From Candidatus Eiseniibacteriota bacterium (GTDB lineage Bacteria; Eisenbacteria; RBG-16-71-46), in NCBI GenBank assembly GCA_041483195.1, contig JBGPFC010000050.1:1-22494 (forward strand): a DNA stretch of 22,494 nt, written 5' to 3'. The notes beneath the pieces were generated by a model. That model was not told where the DNA came from, ran no database searches, and saw only the letters and a program-made list of their open reading frames with translations. Made by a program: the position numbers and the translations under genes. Position 1 is the stretch's first letter. Each line of letters starts with the position of its first letter. Below are positions 1 to 8,864 of this stretch, piece after piece.

Positions 1-137
1 AGTCAGCTCAGCCCCCGCTGCGGCCCGGCGCACGCCCGCTGTCCCCGCCGGACCCCTCGCCGTATCATCCCGCGGTGACAAGGTCCCGCGTTTCTGCAAT
101 CACGCCGTCCAGACCGAGCCTTCATGAATAGGTCGGG
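1..137. mobile_element. Possible terminus of an insertion sequence, ending ...TTCATGAATAGGTCGGG and followed by CTAG (138-141)
   Basis: The FG-GAP repeat frame continues upstream of the ORF Met (ARSDYAAGTEPM) and breaks at ~137, with an in-frame TGA at 125. The junction is CTAG, a common IS target tetranucleotide. No transposase is in the window, so this is an inference. Confidence 0.35.
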
Positions 138-1312
138 CTAGGAGCGACTACGCCGCTGGGACTGAACCCATGTGCGTTGCGCTCGGGGACCTGAATGGCG
201 ATGCGAAGCCAGACTTGGCAGTCGTGAACAATGGGGCCGCCCCAGGCTCGGTTGCTGTGCTCTCGGGGAACGGGGATGGGACGTTTGGGCCAAAGAGCGC
301 CTACGGGACGGGGATCGGCCCCGCCTCCGTGGGGATCGAAGATCTAAACAGTGACGGCAAGCCGGACTTGGTCGTCGCGAACCGTGGCGCCTACAGCCCA
401 GACTCCGGGAGTGTGTCGGTGCTTCTTGGGAACGGTAACGGCACGTTCGGGCCCAGAAGCGACTATGCGGCAGGGAGCAGCTGCTCCTCCGTGGCAATCG
501 GGGATCTGAACCTTGACGGCAGGCCCGATTTGGCGGTCGCAAATTACAATTCCAGCTCGGCTTCAGTTCTCCTGGGCCACGGGGATGGTACGTTCGGGTC
601 GAAGAGCGACTATGTGACGGGGATCGGCCCCACTTCCGTGGCGATCGCGGATCTGAATCTTGATGGCAAGCCGGACCTGGTGGTCGCAAACTACTACTTC
701 TCTCTCCCAGTCTCGATACTGCTGGGGATCGGTGATGGAACATTCGAGCCCAAGCGTGACTTTGCTACGGGGAGCGCTTCCTTCTCCGCGGCGATCGGGG
801 ATCTGAACCTTGACGGCAAGCCGGACCTGGCGGTTGCGAATTATTATTCCAACAGTGTCTCAGTTCTCCTAGGAGGTGGGGACGGGACTTTCCAGCCTCA
901 CAGCGACTATGGCACGGGGGGCGGTCCCGCGTCCCTTGCCATTGGGGATCTGAATGGTGACGGCGAGCCGGACTTGGCGGTCGCGAACGGCCATTCGAGC
1001 ACTGTCTCAGTTCTACTCGGAAACGGGGACGGCACAGTTGGGCCGAAGGGCGACTACGCAACGGGGCCCTATCCCTCCAGCGTGACGATCGGGGATCTCA
1101 ATGGGGACGGAAAGCTGGATCTAGCGGTGGCGAACAGCTACAACACGGTGTCGGTGTTGCTCGGGTACGGGGACGGGAAGTTTGGGCCGAAGGCCGATTA
1201 CGGCACAGGGAACTCTCGCGGTTCCGTGGCGGTGGGAGACCTCGACAGAGACGGGAGATCGGACTTGGCGGTGACAAGCCCTCGCTCGAACACCGTGTCG
1301 GTGTTGCTGAAC
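137..1312 (+). repeat. Eight tandem ~150-nt coding repeats (FG-GAP units)
   Basis: Recurrent GGGGATCTGAA(C/T)...GACGGCAAGCCGGAC(C/T)TGG motifs at roughly 150-nt spacing. Confidence 0.9.
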
Positions 1313-1645
1313 ATAGGAGGTTTGCGTCCTGGCCTCGATTCTTTACCTGCCACCGTGCGGACCCTTTCGCTGTGGTTCGCGCCGCCGTGGCCGAATCCCT
1401 CGCGCGGGTCAACGCAACTTCGCTGTTTTCTCCCTTCAGCGCGCATTGTGGACGCCGAAATCTTTGACGCAGCGGGTCGCAGGGTACGAAGCCTCGGATC
1501 AGGCCATGAGATGCCCGGGGGCGAGCATGCCTTTACCTGGGATGGACGTGACAGCGGTGGCAGCTCTGTGCCCGACGGTATCTATCTCGCCCGGATGCGT
1601 GCGGGTCACGAGATCGCTTGGAAGAAGATAGTCCGCTTGAGGTAG
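170..1645 (+). CDS. FG-GAP/VCBS repeat beta-propeller protein with C-terminal FlgD-type Ig-like domain; probably a 5'-truncated fragment
   Basis: Eight repeats of (G/A/E)DL(N/D)xDGxxDLxVxx...VSVLLGxGDGTF. C-terminal PNPSRG...IFDAAGRRVRSL...WDGRD..G..VPDGIYLARM. No signal peptide, and the ORF starts mid-repeat. Confidence 0.85.
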   Translation: MCVALGDLNGDAKPDLAVVNNGAAPGSVAVLSGNGDGTFGPKSAYGTGIGPASVGIEDLNSDGKPDLVVANRGAYSPDSGSVSVLLGNGNGTFGPRSDYAAGSSCSSVAIGDLNLDGRPDLAVANYNSSSASVLLGHGDGTFGSKSDYVTGIGPTSVAIADLNLDGKPDLVVANYYFSLPVSILLGIGDGTFEPKRDFATGSASFSAAIGDLNLDGKPDLAVANYYSNSVSVLLGGGDGTFQPHSDYGTGGGPASLAIGDLNGDGEPDLAVANGHSSTVSVLLGNGDGTVGPKGDYATGPYPSSVTIGDLNGDGKLDLAVANSYNTVSVLLGYGDGKFGPKADYGTGNSRGSVAVGDLDRDGRSDLAVTSPRSNTVSVLLNIGGLRPGLDSLPATVRTLSLWFAPPWPNPSRGSTQLRCFLPSARIVDAEIFDAAGRRVRSLGSGHEMPGGEHAFTWDGRDSGGSSVPDGIYLARMRAGHEIAWKKIVRLR

Positions 1646-2027
1646 CACGGAGTCACCGAGGTCGTGCGCCCTAGGGTGGATGCAGATCTCCGTCGAGGCA
1701 CATGTGCCACGCATGCCGGGCATCGTGTGAGCTTGGCTCCAACGGGGACTTGCATGGGGGTCGAACCGCGGGCTCTCCGATGGCGCCGGCCCGCGTGGCC
1801 TGCTGCCGAAGCGCTGTCGACGCAGAGTGTTTTCGCGCCCGATGCTGTCCGGGTTTGTCCGCTCGTGAAACCGAGCCCCACGGGGCACCAACATCATGGG
1901 GCACGATTCATTCCATTACCGCGCAAGGCCCTCAATGAGTTCCGGCGTTCGTGGTCGGCCTTCGCCTGTAGCAGTTTTCGAGACCGTCTCCGCCCCACGC
2001 GCTCCAATCTGACCGCCCGCCCCGCCC

Positions 2028-2447
2028 TCACTCCAACCTCGTCCCCCTCACCCACCCCGCGTCGCCCTCCGCGAAGAACTCCTTCTTCCACACGGGCACC
2101 GTGCGCTTGAGCTCATCCATCACCCACGCGCACGCTTCGAAAGCTGGGGCGCGGTGCGCGGCGGCGACCACCACCACCACGCTCGTCTCGCCGATCGGCA
2201 CCTCGCCGAGGCGATGGACGATGCGGCAGGTCGCGATCGCGAAGCGGGCGACGGTCTCGCGCTCGAGGCGCTCGAGCGCGGCGAGCGCCATGGGCTCGTA
2301 GCCTTCGTACTCGAGCCTCGTCACGCGGCGGCCCTCGTGATGGTCGCGCGAGGTGCCGACGAACAGCGATATCGCGCCGCAGTCGGGACGCGAGGCCTCG
2401 GCGATCAGCCGCGCCGCATCGATCGGCGCGCGCACCAGCTCAGCCAC
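2028..2447 (-). CDS. moaE: Molybdopterin synthase catalytic (large) subunit
   Basis: CGAISLFVGTSRDHHEG, LEYEGYEPMA, HRLGEVPIGE, HRAPAFEAC, ELKRTVPVWKKE motifs. GTG start at 2447 overlaps the GNAT stop (GTGGCTGA). Confidence 0.95.
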   Translation of the reverse strand: MAELVRAPIDAARLIAEASRPDCGAISLFVGTSRDHHEGRRVTRLEYEGYEPMALAALERLERETVARFAIATCRIVHRLGEVPIGETSVVVVVAAAHRAPAFEACAWVMDELKRTVPVWKKEFFAEGDAGWVRGTRLE

Positions 2448-3039
2448 GGCGTGCGCTCCCGCGCGGCGCACCGGCGCCTGCACCCGCCCGCACCGCCCGC
2501 CGCACGATCGGCCGCGTGCGCGCGCGCCGCGCGACCTCCATGAATCCAGCCTGCGTGAAGCACGCCATCACGCCAGTCCACACGAACGCGTCGGCCTGTC
2601 GCGCCTTCGAGTCAGTCGGATAGCCCTCGACGATTCGCGCGCCGTGCGCCGCCGCGAACCGCACCGCCTCCTTCAGCAACCGCACCGAGAGCCCGCGCCG
2701 TCGATGCGGGCGCGCGATGAAGAAGCACGTCACCGACCACACCGGCCTCTCGTCCACCGGCTGCAGGTTGCGCGAGGCCTCGAGCCGGCGATACACGGCG
2801 CGCGGCGCGACCGCGCACCAGCCGGCGGGCTCGCCGTTCACGTACGCGAGAATCCCCGGCGGATCGCCGGAGCCGACGACGCGGCGAAACGCGCGCTTAT
2901 TTCTCGCGCCCACTCCGGCCTTGAACTCCGCGGCCGGCAGCCGCGCCCACATGCACCAGCACCCGCCGCACGCGCCGCGTTCCCCGAACAATCGCTCGAG
3001 GTCGGGCCAGCGATCGGGCGTGAGCGGATGAAACTCCAT
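2440..3039 (-). CDS. GNAT family N-acetyltransferase (GGCWCM-type)
   Basis: LTPDRWPDLERLFG..GACGGCWCMW N-terminus, acetyl-CoA motif A (CFFIARPHRRRGLSVRLL), VEGYP, F..AGF. Confidence 0.9.
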   Translation of the reverse strand: MEFHPLTPDRWPDLERLFGERGACGGCWCMWARLPAAEFKAGVGARNKRAFRRVVGSGDPPGILAYVNGEPAGWCAVAPRAVYRRLEASRNLQPVDERPVWSVTCFFIARPHRRRGLSVRLLKEAVRFAAAHGARIVEGYPTDSKARQADAFVWTGVMACFTQAGFMEVARRARTRPIVRRAVRAGAGAGAPRGSARRG

Positions 3040-3050
3040 CGCCGCCACCG

Positions 3051-3296
3051 CTAGCCCCCGCTCACCGGCGGCAGCAGCGCGACCTCGGCGCCCGATCGCA
3101 ACACCGCGTCCGCGGGAACCAGCACGCCGTCCACCGCGATCGCGAGGTGCGGCCACAGATCATCGAGCGACGGATAGTCGCGGCGGATCGCGCTCAGCGC
3201 GTCGGCCACGCGGCCGCCATCGGGAATCTCGAGCGCGGCGCTCGAACGCCCCGCGCGCTCGCGGGCCTGCGCGAAGAACAACACGTTCACGAACAT
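3051..3296 (-). CDS. moaD: Molybdopterin synthase sulfur carrier subunit (MoaD/ThiS family)
   Basis: VLFFAQARE N-terminus and C-terminal LLPPVSGG di-glycine; 81 aa; GGAGAG RBS upstream; near moaE. Confidence 0.95.
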   Translation of the reverse strand: MFVNVLFFAQARERAGRSSAALEIPDGGRVADALSAIRRDYPSLDDLWPHLAIAVDGVLVPADAVLRSGAEVALLPPVSGG

Positions 3297-3299
3297 GAA

Positions 3300-3328
3300 T
3301 GGACGCTCTCCGAGTGAGTGGCTATGCT
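3300..3328 (+). promoter_or_regulatory. Sigma70-like promoter for a leaderless CPBP mRNA
   Basis: TGGACG-N17-TATGCT-N6-ATG(3335), no Shine-Dalgarno. Confidence 0.5.
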
Positions 3329-3334
3329 CGCCGG

Positions 3335-4498
3335 ATGCCCCCCGATAATCAAGTGCCCGAGGGCGATTCGCCGCGCATCGAGCCGCCCGCGCCCGCGCCG
3401 ATCGAGGCGTCGGACGCCGCGCCCACGCTCGCCGCGCCGGAGACGGCCGTCCCCGCACCCGCCCCGCTCGAAGCCGCCCCACGCCACGGCCCCGAGACCG
3501 GGCTCCTGATCTGGCTCGGCATCCTCGTGGTGTGCGGCATCGGTGGCCTGCTGTTCGGCGGGCAGGAGCTGGCGGCGCTGGTGGCGCTCGCGGGGATGTT
3601 CATCGCGGCCCAGGCCGCGGATCTCGATCCGCGCTGGGGCGTGCTCTACCTCTCGCTCGCGTGGGTGGTGCCGATCGGCGGCGGCGCCACGTTCGCGGCC
3701 ACCACCGTGCTGATCGCGCAGAGCGATCTCGCGGGCCCGCTGCGCATCGGCATCCTCGCGCTGTCGGTCGCGAGCGGGCTGGTCTGCCTCGCGACGCTGT
3801 TCCGGCCGATCTCGGATCCGCTCACCCGCCTGCTCATGCGCACCGCGACGCCATCGCACACCCTGCGGCTCGGGGCGCGGCTGGTGATCGCCGGGATTCT
3901 GCTCGCGGTCCCCGGCTGGTACGCGTTCCGCAACATCATCCAGACCCTGTTCCAGAACTCCGAGCAACTCATGGACCAGTTGCCGCAAGTCGGAGGTTTG
4001 GTGGGCTACGTGCTGCTCGCGCTCGCGGCGGTCGGGTTCCTGGTGCGCCGCGATCTGCGCGCGACGCTCACGCGCCTCGGGATCGCGCGCATCGGCCTGC
4101 GCGAGCTCGCGGTGATCGCGCTCGGCGTGGGTGTGCTGTTCGTGCTCGACTGGGGCGCCGATTCGCTCCAGCACCATTTCTTCCCCGCGCTCTGGAAGAG
4201 CGACCAGCAGTTCAACGAGGCGCTCGCGGGCGGGCTCAAGCCGGTGCAGGTCGTCATGCTCGGCCTCACCGCGGGGATCGGCGAGGAGATCACGCTGCGC
4301 GGCGCGCTCCAGCCGCGGCTCGGGATCAGGCTCACCTCGCTGCTGTTCGCGGCGCTCCACGTGCAGTACTCGTGGTACGGCATGCTGGTGATCTTCGTGC
4401 TGGGGATGGTGCTGGGCACGATCCGGCAGCGCACCAACACCAGCGTGGCGATGACGGTGCACGCGATCTACGACGTGATCGCGGTAATGACGTCCTGA
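3335..4498 (+). CDS. CPBP family (Abi/CAAX-like) intramembrane glutamic endopeptidase
   Basis: Multiple TM helices; motifs GIGEEITLRG, FAALH and HAIYD; Pro/Ala-rich N-terminal tail. Confidence 0.9.
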   Translation: MPPDNQVPEGDSPRIEPPAPAPIEASDAAPTLAAPETAVPAPAPLEAAPRHGPETGLLIWLGILVVCGIGGLLFGGQELAALVALAGMFIAAQAADLDPRWGVLYLSLAWVVPIGGGATFAATTVLIAQSDLAGPLRIGILALSVASGLVCLATLFRPISDPLTRLLMRTATPSHTLRLGARLVIAGILLAVPGWYAFRNIIQTLFQNSEQLMDQLPQVGGLVGYVLLALAAVGFLVRRDLRATLTRLGIARIGLRELAVIALGVGVLFVLDWGADSLQHHFFPALWKSDQQFNEALAGGLKPVQVVMLGLTAGIGEEITLRGALQPRLGIRLTSLLFAALHVQYSWYGMLVIFVLGMVLGTIRQRTNTSVAMTVHAIYDVIAVMTS

Positions 4499-4503
4499 GT
4501 TCG

Positions 4504-5243
4504 TTGGATCGCACGCGCTACTCCACGCTCGCGCATCGCGACCACGTCTTCTGCAGCCCGCTGAGCGATGAGCGCGCGAGCCGGCTGCTCGATTCGCTCG
4601 CGCTCGCGCGCGGCGCCCGTGTGCTGGACGCGGGCTGCGGCAAGGCCGAGCTGCTGATCCGCGCGATCGAGCGCTTCGATGCCGACGGCGTTGGCCTCGA
4701 CTGGAATGGCGCGTTCCTGAGCGAAGGGCGCGCCCGCGCGGCCGGCCGCGTGCGGACCGATCGCCTGGTGCTGCTGGAGACCGACGCCGCGAAGTTCCGC
4801 GCCGCGCCCGAGTCGTTCGACGCGATCTTCTGCCTGGGCGCGAGCCAGTGTTTCGGCGGATATCGCGGGGCGCTCGCCACGCTCGCACCGTGGACGCGCC
4901 GCGGCGGCGTGCTGCTGTTCGGCGAGGGCTACTGGAAGCGCGAGCCCGATCCCGAATACCTCGCGGCGCTGGGCGGCACGCGCGAGGAGGCGGAGACGCA
5001 CGATGGCAACATCGCGCTCGGCGTGGCGGCGGGGCTCACGCCGGTCGCCGACGAAGTCAGCTCGGAGGCCGAGTGGGACGCGTACGAACGCATGTACGCG
5101 GGCGCCCTCAAGCGCTTCGTGGCGGAGCACCCGGACGATCCCGACGCCGATGCCAGCTCGCGCGCATTCGCCCTTGGCGTGACGCCTACCTGCGCTGGGG
5201 CCGCGACACGCTGGGGTTCGGGTACTACGTGTTTCGGAGGTAG
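4504..5243 (+). pseudogene. Class I SAM-dependent methyltransferase with a 1-nt frameshift at ~5155 (pseudogene or sequencing error)
   Basis: TTG start; VLDAGCGKAELL motif I, FDAIFCLGASQ, GEGYWKREP, EWDAYE. The protein-like C-terminus (LARIRPWRDAYLRWGRDTLGFGYYVFRR*) is in another frame. Confidence 0.8.
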
Positions 5244-6538
5244 GGGGCGGCCCTCCGCCCGCCGCGCGCCGCGAAGTAGATCACGACGCCGAGCCCCAAC
5301 GCGATCCCCACGTCTCGCGCCTCGTGCCAGGTACTCTGGGTGAGCAGCCACAGGCAGAGCACGATCGTGAACACCGCGAGCGCAGCTCCCAGCGGCGCGT
5401 GGAACGCGGCGGGCGGAGCATCGGGCTTGCGCCTCAGCGCCGGCAGCGCTGCGCAGATCGCGATGTAGCTGAGCAGCCGGACGATCGTGCTGATGGTGAG
5501 CGCTCCGATGAACGACCCGGTGAGCGCGAGCACCAGCATGATCGCGGAGGAGATGAGTATCGCGACCCACGGCGTGTGAAACCGCGGGTGGGTCGCGGTC
5601 AGGAACCGCGGCAGCTGGCCCTGCTCGCCCATCGCGAACAGCAGCCGCGGGGCGACGAGCGTGATGCCGTTGAGCACGCCGAGGATCGAGACCAGCGCGC
5701 CCACCGAGATGATCGCGGCGCCCGAGGAGCCGAGCACCCGCGCGCCGACGTCCGCGAGCGGACGCTCGGAGCCCGCGAGCCCCGGCAGGACGCCGACGCA
5801 CACCACCTGCACCAGCTCGTAGATCACGGCCACCACGATGATCGCGATCAACATCGACCACGGCAGGTTGCGGCGCGGGTCGCGGATCTCGCCGCTCGGG
5901 ATCATCACGGCCTCGAAGCCGGTGTACGCGTAGATCAGCAGCATCACGCCCTTCGTGAACGAACCCGCCGCGGGGAGCGACCCCAGCGCGAGCCGCGACG
6001 GCGCGACGAAGAAAAGCCCCACCGCGATCAGCAGCAGCAGCGGGGCGAGCTTGCCGACCGTGAAACCGTTCGAGGTCACCGCCGCGCGGCGGACCCCGGC
6101 GAGATTGATGGCGGTGAGCGTCACCACCACGGCCGAGATCAGCACCGGCCGCCACAGCGCCGAATCGGCGGCGGGCCACAGGGCGTGGAGGTACGAGATG
6201 AACAGGTTGCAGAGCGCCGCGAACGACGTGACCCGCGCGAGCCACAGCAGCCAGCCCACCTGGAAGCCGACCGCGGGCCCGAACGCGTCGCGCGCGTAGA
6301 GGTAGGGTCCGCCGGTGCCTTCGAAGCGGCTGCCGACTTCGGCGAAGCACAGCATGATCGCCGCCACCACCAGCGCGCAGACCGCGAACGCGATCACGCT
6401 GTAGGGGCCGATCAGCGCGTAGAGCTTGGACGGCAGGCCGAAGATTCCCGCGCCGATGGTGCCGTTGATCATGAGCGCGAGCAGATCCCAGCGCAGGATG
6501 CCGCGCGTGAGTGCGGGGTGGAGCGGGCGGCCGCTCAT
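5225..6538 (-). CDS. APC family amino acid permease
   Basis: TIGAGIFGLP, GGPYLYARDAFG, YAYTGFE, EIRDPRRNLP, PRLLFAMGEQGQLP, HPRFHTP; about 12 hydrophobic segments. Confidence 0.95.
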   Translation of the reverse strand: MSGRPLHPALTRGILRWDLLALMINGTIGAGIFGLPSKLYALIGPYSVIAFAVCALVVAAIMLCFAEVGSRFEGTGGPYLYARDAFGPAVGFQVGWLLWLARVTSFAALCNLFISYLHALWPAADSALWRPVLISAVVVTLTAINLAGVRRAAVTSNGFTVGKLAPLLLLIAVGLFFVAPSRLALGSLPAAGSFTKGVMLLIYAYTGFEAVMIPSGEIRDPRRNLPWSMLIAIIVVAVIYELVQVVCVGVLPGLAGSERPLADVGARVLGSSGAAIISVGALVSILGVLNGITLVAPRLLFAMGEQGQLPRFLTATHPRFHTPWVAILISSAIMLVLALTGSFIGALTISTIVRLLSYIAICAALPALRRKPDAPPAAFHAPLGAALAVFTIVLCLWLLTQSTWHEARDVGIALGLGVVIYFAARGGRRAAPYLRNT

Positions 6539-6584
6539 CAGACGACCGGGGCCGGGCCGGGAACGCCGCGCCCGCGCTCCAACG

Positions 6585-7304
6585 TTACGTCAGCGCCTCG
6601 CCCGGCCGCAGCGCCACCACCTCGGCCTTCACGCCGAGCTTCTTCAGCTCGTCGCGCAGCGCGTCGGGCGTGCCGGTGAGCGCGGGGAACGTGCCGTAGT
6701 GGCAGGGCACGATCAGCTTCGGCTTCAGCATGCGCGCGGCGACCGCGGCCTCGCGCGGGCCCATCGTATACAGATCGCCGATCGGCAGCAGCGCGATCTC
6801 GGGCGCGTAGAGCTCCGCGATCAGCGCCATGTCGGAGTGCGGGCCGGTGTCGCCCGCGTGGTAGATCTTGGTGCCGTCCTCGAGCGCGATCACGAAACCG
6901 CACGGCTCGCCGCCGTACACGATCTGCCCGCCGTCCTCGATGCCGCTCGAGTGGATCGCGTGCACCATCGTGAACTTGATCCCGGCGGCTTCCTGCGTGC
7001 CACCTTTGTTCATCGGCGAGGTCGAGGCCACGCCCTTCTTCTGCAGGAACAGGTGAATCTCGTAGTTGCACACCACGGTGGGCTTGAACTTCTTGGCGAG
7101 CGTGACCGCGTCGGCCATGTGATCCCCGTGGCCGTGCGAGATGGTCATCACGTCGATCCGGTCGAAGGTCTTGAGCTCCTTAGGGCACGACGGATTGCCC
7201 TCGACCCACGGATCGATGAGCACGGTCTTGGAACCGCGCGTCACCAGCTTGAAGGAATTGTGGCCGAGCCACGTCAGCGAGAAACCGCGATTGAGTGTCG
7301 TCAT
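6585..7304 (-). CDS. Metal-dependent hydrolase, metallo-beta-lactamase fold (UPF0173-like)
   Basis: TWLGHNSF, LIDPW, SHGHGDH, AIHSS, YHAGDTG, LLPIGDLYTMGP, PCHYGTFP. Confidence 0.93.
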   Translation of the reverse strand: MTTLNRGFSLTWLGHNSFKLVTRGSKTVLIDPWVEGNPSCPKELKTFDRIDVMTISHGHGDHMADAVTLAKKFKPTVVCNYEIHLFLQKKGVASTSPMNKGGTQEAAGIKFTMVHAIHSSGIEDGGQIVYGGEPCGFVIALEDGTKIYHAGDTGPHSDMALIAELYAPEIALLPIGDLYTMGPREAAVAARMLKPKLIVPCHYGTFPALTGTPDALRDELKKLGVKAEVVALRPGEALT

Positions 7305-7368
7305 CGATCGTCCCCCGGGTGCGCCGCCGCCGGTCGCACCGCTCCCATCATCACGTCGTCCGTATTGC

Positions 7369-8772
7369 TCAATGCGCGGCGCTCACGGCCTCGGCCCCGC
7401 TCAGCTCCTCGAGGCGCGCCGTGAAGTGGCGAAGCATCGGCGCCTCGTAGGTGAGCCTGAGACCGCGCAGCCGCTCGCGCTCGCGATACAGTTGAATGAC
7501 CGATTCCGCGACGTAGCGGATGTGCTCGGTGGTATAGACGCGCCGCGGAATCGCGAGCCGCACCAGCTCGAGCGACGGGTACACCGCCTCGCCCGTCTTC
7601 GGATCGCGATGCCCGAACATGAGGCTGCCGACCTCCACCGCGCGGATGCCGAAGTCGCGATAGAGCGCGACCACCAGCGACTGCCCCGGAAACTGCGACT
7701 GCGGGATGTGCGGCATGAAGCGCTTCGCGTCGATGTACACGGCGTGCCCGCCGGTCGGCTTCACGATCGGCACGCCGGCGGCCGACAGCAGGTCGCCGAG
7801 GTGCGCGACCTGGCCGATGCGGAACGCCAGGTAGTCCTCGTTGAGCACTTCCTTCAGCCCGCGCGCCATGCCCTCGAGATCGCGCCCGGCGAGACCGCCG
7901 TAGGTCGGAAAGCCCTCGACCAGGATCAGGAGGTTGGTGATGCCCTCCGCCCACTCCGCGTTGTTGAGCGCGAGGAAGCCGCCGATGTTCACGAGCCCGT
8001 CCTTCTTGGCGCTCATGGTGCAGCCGTCGCCGTAGGAGAACATCTCGCGCGCGATGTCGGCCACCGATCGGCTCGCGTAGCCGGGCTCGCGCGACTGGAT
8101 GAACCAGCAGTTCTCGGCGAAGCGGCAGGCGTCGAAGATGAGCGGTACGTGGTGGCGGTTGCACACCTCGCGCACCGCGCGCACGTTCGCGATCGAGACC
8201 GGCTGGCCGCCGCCCGAGTTGTTGGTGACGGTGATCATCACCAGCGGCACGCGCTTCGCGCCCAGCTCGTTCAGCGCGCGTTCGAGCTTCACCGGATCGA
8301 GGTTGCCCTTGAACGGGTGGTCGGCGACCGGGTCGAGCCCCTCGTCGATCACCAGGTCGAGCGCCTCGGCGCCCTGGTGCTCGACGTTGGCGCGCGTGGT
8401 GTCGAAGTGGATGTTGTTGGGCACCACGTCGCCGGGCTTGAGGATGGTCGAGAACAGGAGATTTTCGGCCATCCGCCCCTGATGCGTGGGGATCACGTGG
8501 CGATAGCCGAAGATCGAGCGCACGGTTTCGACGAGGTGGAAAAAATTGCGGCTTCCCGCGTAGGACTCGTCGCCCATCATGAGCCCGGCCCACTGGTTGT
8601 CGCTCATCGCGGAGGTGCCGCTGTCGGTGAGGAGATCCACGTAGATGCTGTCCGCGGGGACGGCGAAGATGTTGAGGCCGGCGTCGCGGATCAGTCGCTC
8701 GCGCTCTTCGCGCGAAACGCGGCGCAACGGCTCGACCACCTTGATGCGGAACGGTTCTGCGGGAAATCTCAT
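7369..8772 (-). CDS. tnaA: Tryptophanase (tryptophan indole-lyase), PLP-dependent beta-eliminating lyase
   Basis: EPFRIKVVE, DLLTDSGT, GDESYAGS, PLP-lysine motif MSAKKD, EGFPTYGGLAGRD. C-terminal LRHFTARL has His, as in tryptophanase; tyrosine phenol-lyase has LRFF. Confidence 0.88.
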   Translation of the reverse strand: MRFPAEPFRIKVVEPLRRVSREERERLIRDAGLNIFAVPADSIYVDLLTDSGTSAMSDNQWAGLMMGDESYAGSRNFFHLVETVRSIFGYRHVIPTHQGRMAENLLFSTILKPGDVVPNNIHFDTTRANVEHQGAEALDLVIDEGLDPVADHPFKGNLDPVKLERALNELGAKRVPLVMITVTNNSGGGQPVSIANVRAVREVCNRHHVPLIFDACRFAENCWFIQSREPGYASRSVADIAREMFSYGDGCTMSAKKDGLVNIGGFLALNNAEWAEGITNLLILVEGFPTYGGLAGRDLEGMARGLKEVLNEDYLAFRIGQVAHLGDLLSAAGVPIVKPTGGHAVYIDAKRFMPHIPQSQFPGQSLVVALYRDFGIRAVEVGSLMFGHRDPKTGEAVYPSLELVRLAIPRRVYTTEHIRYVAESVIQLYRERERLRGLRLTYEAPMLRHFTARLEELSGAEAVSAAH

Positions 8773-8781
8773 GACGCACGC

Positions 8782-8810
8782 AGTCTAGCGGGGCGGCATC
8801 GGGCTCACAA
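8782..8810 (-). promoter_or_regulatory. Sigma70-like promoter of tnaA (leaderless or near-leaderless)
   Basis: TTGTGA-N17-TAGACT-N9-ATG, no SD. Confidence 0.55.
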
Positions 8811-8828
8811 GCCGCGCACATTTCTCCA

Positions 8829-8858
8829 TTGCATCCATGGCAGCGCCGCACCTATCCT
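8829..8858 (+). promoter_or_regulatory. Sigma70-like promoter divergent from tnaA, driving the intergenic transcript
   Basis: TTGCAT-N18-TATCCT in an AT-enriched patch. Confidence 0.55.
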
Positions 8859-8864
8859 TTCTGC

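Noticed and set aside
170..1312. Regularly spaced DNA repeats as a CRISPR array or a DGR template/variable pair
   Set aside because: Repeats are degenerate, in frame, ~150 nt and vary mainly at synonymous sites; they are protein repeats, with no cas or reverse transcriptase gene nearby.
1646..2027. Short ORFs and small palindromes (e.g. GGCACATGTGCC) between the FG-GAP gene and moaE
   Set aside because: No coherent protein motif, RBS or extended structure that I can support.
8773..8851. MRRCHGCNGEMCAACEP apparent CxxC-CxxC zinc finger (ORF 7301-8851)
   Set aside because: Continues out of frame through tnaA as low-complexity shadow sequence; the motif coincides with promoter DNA.
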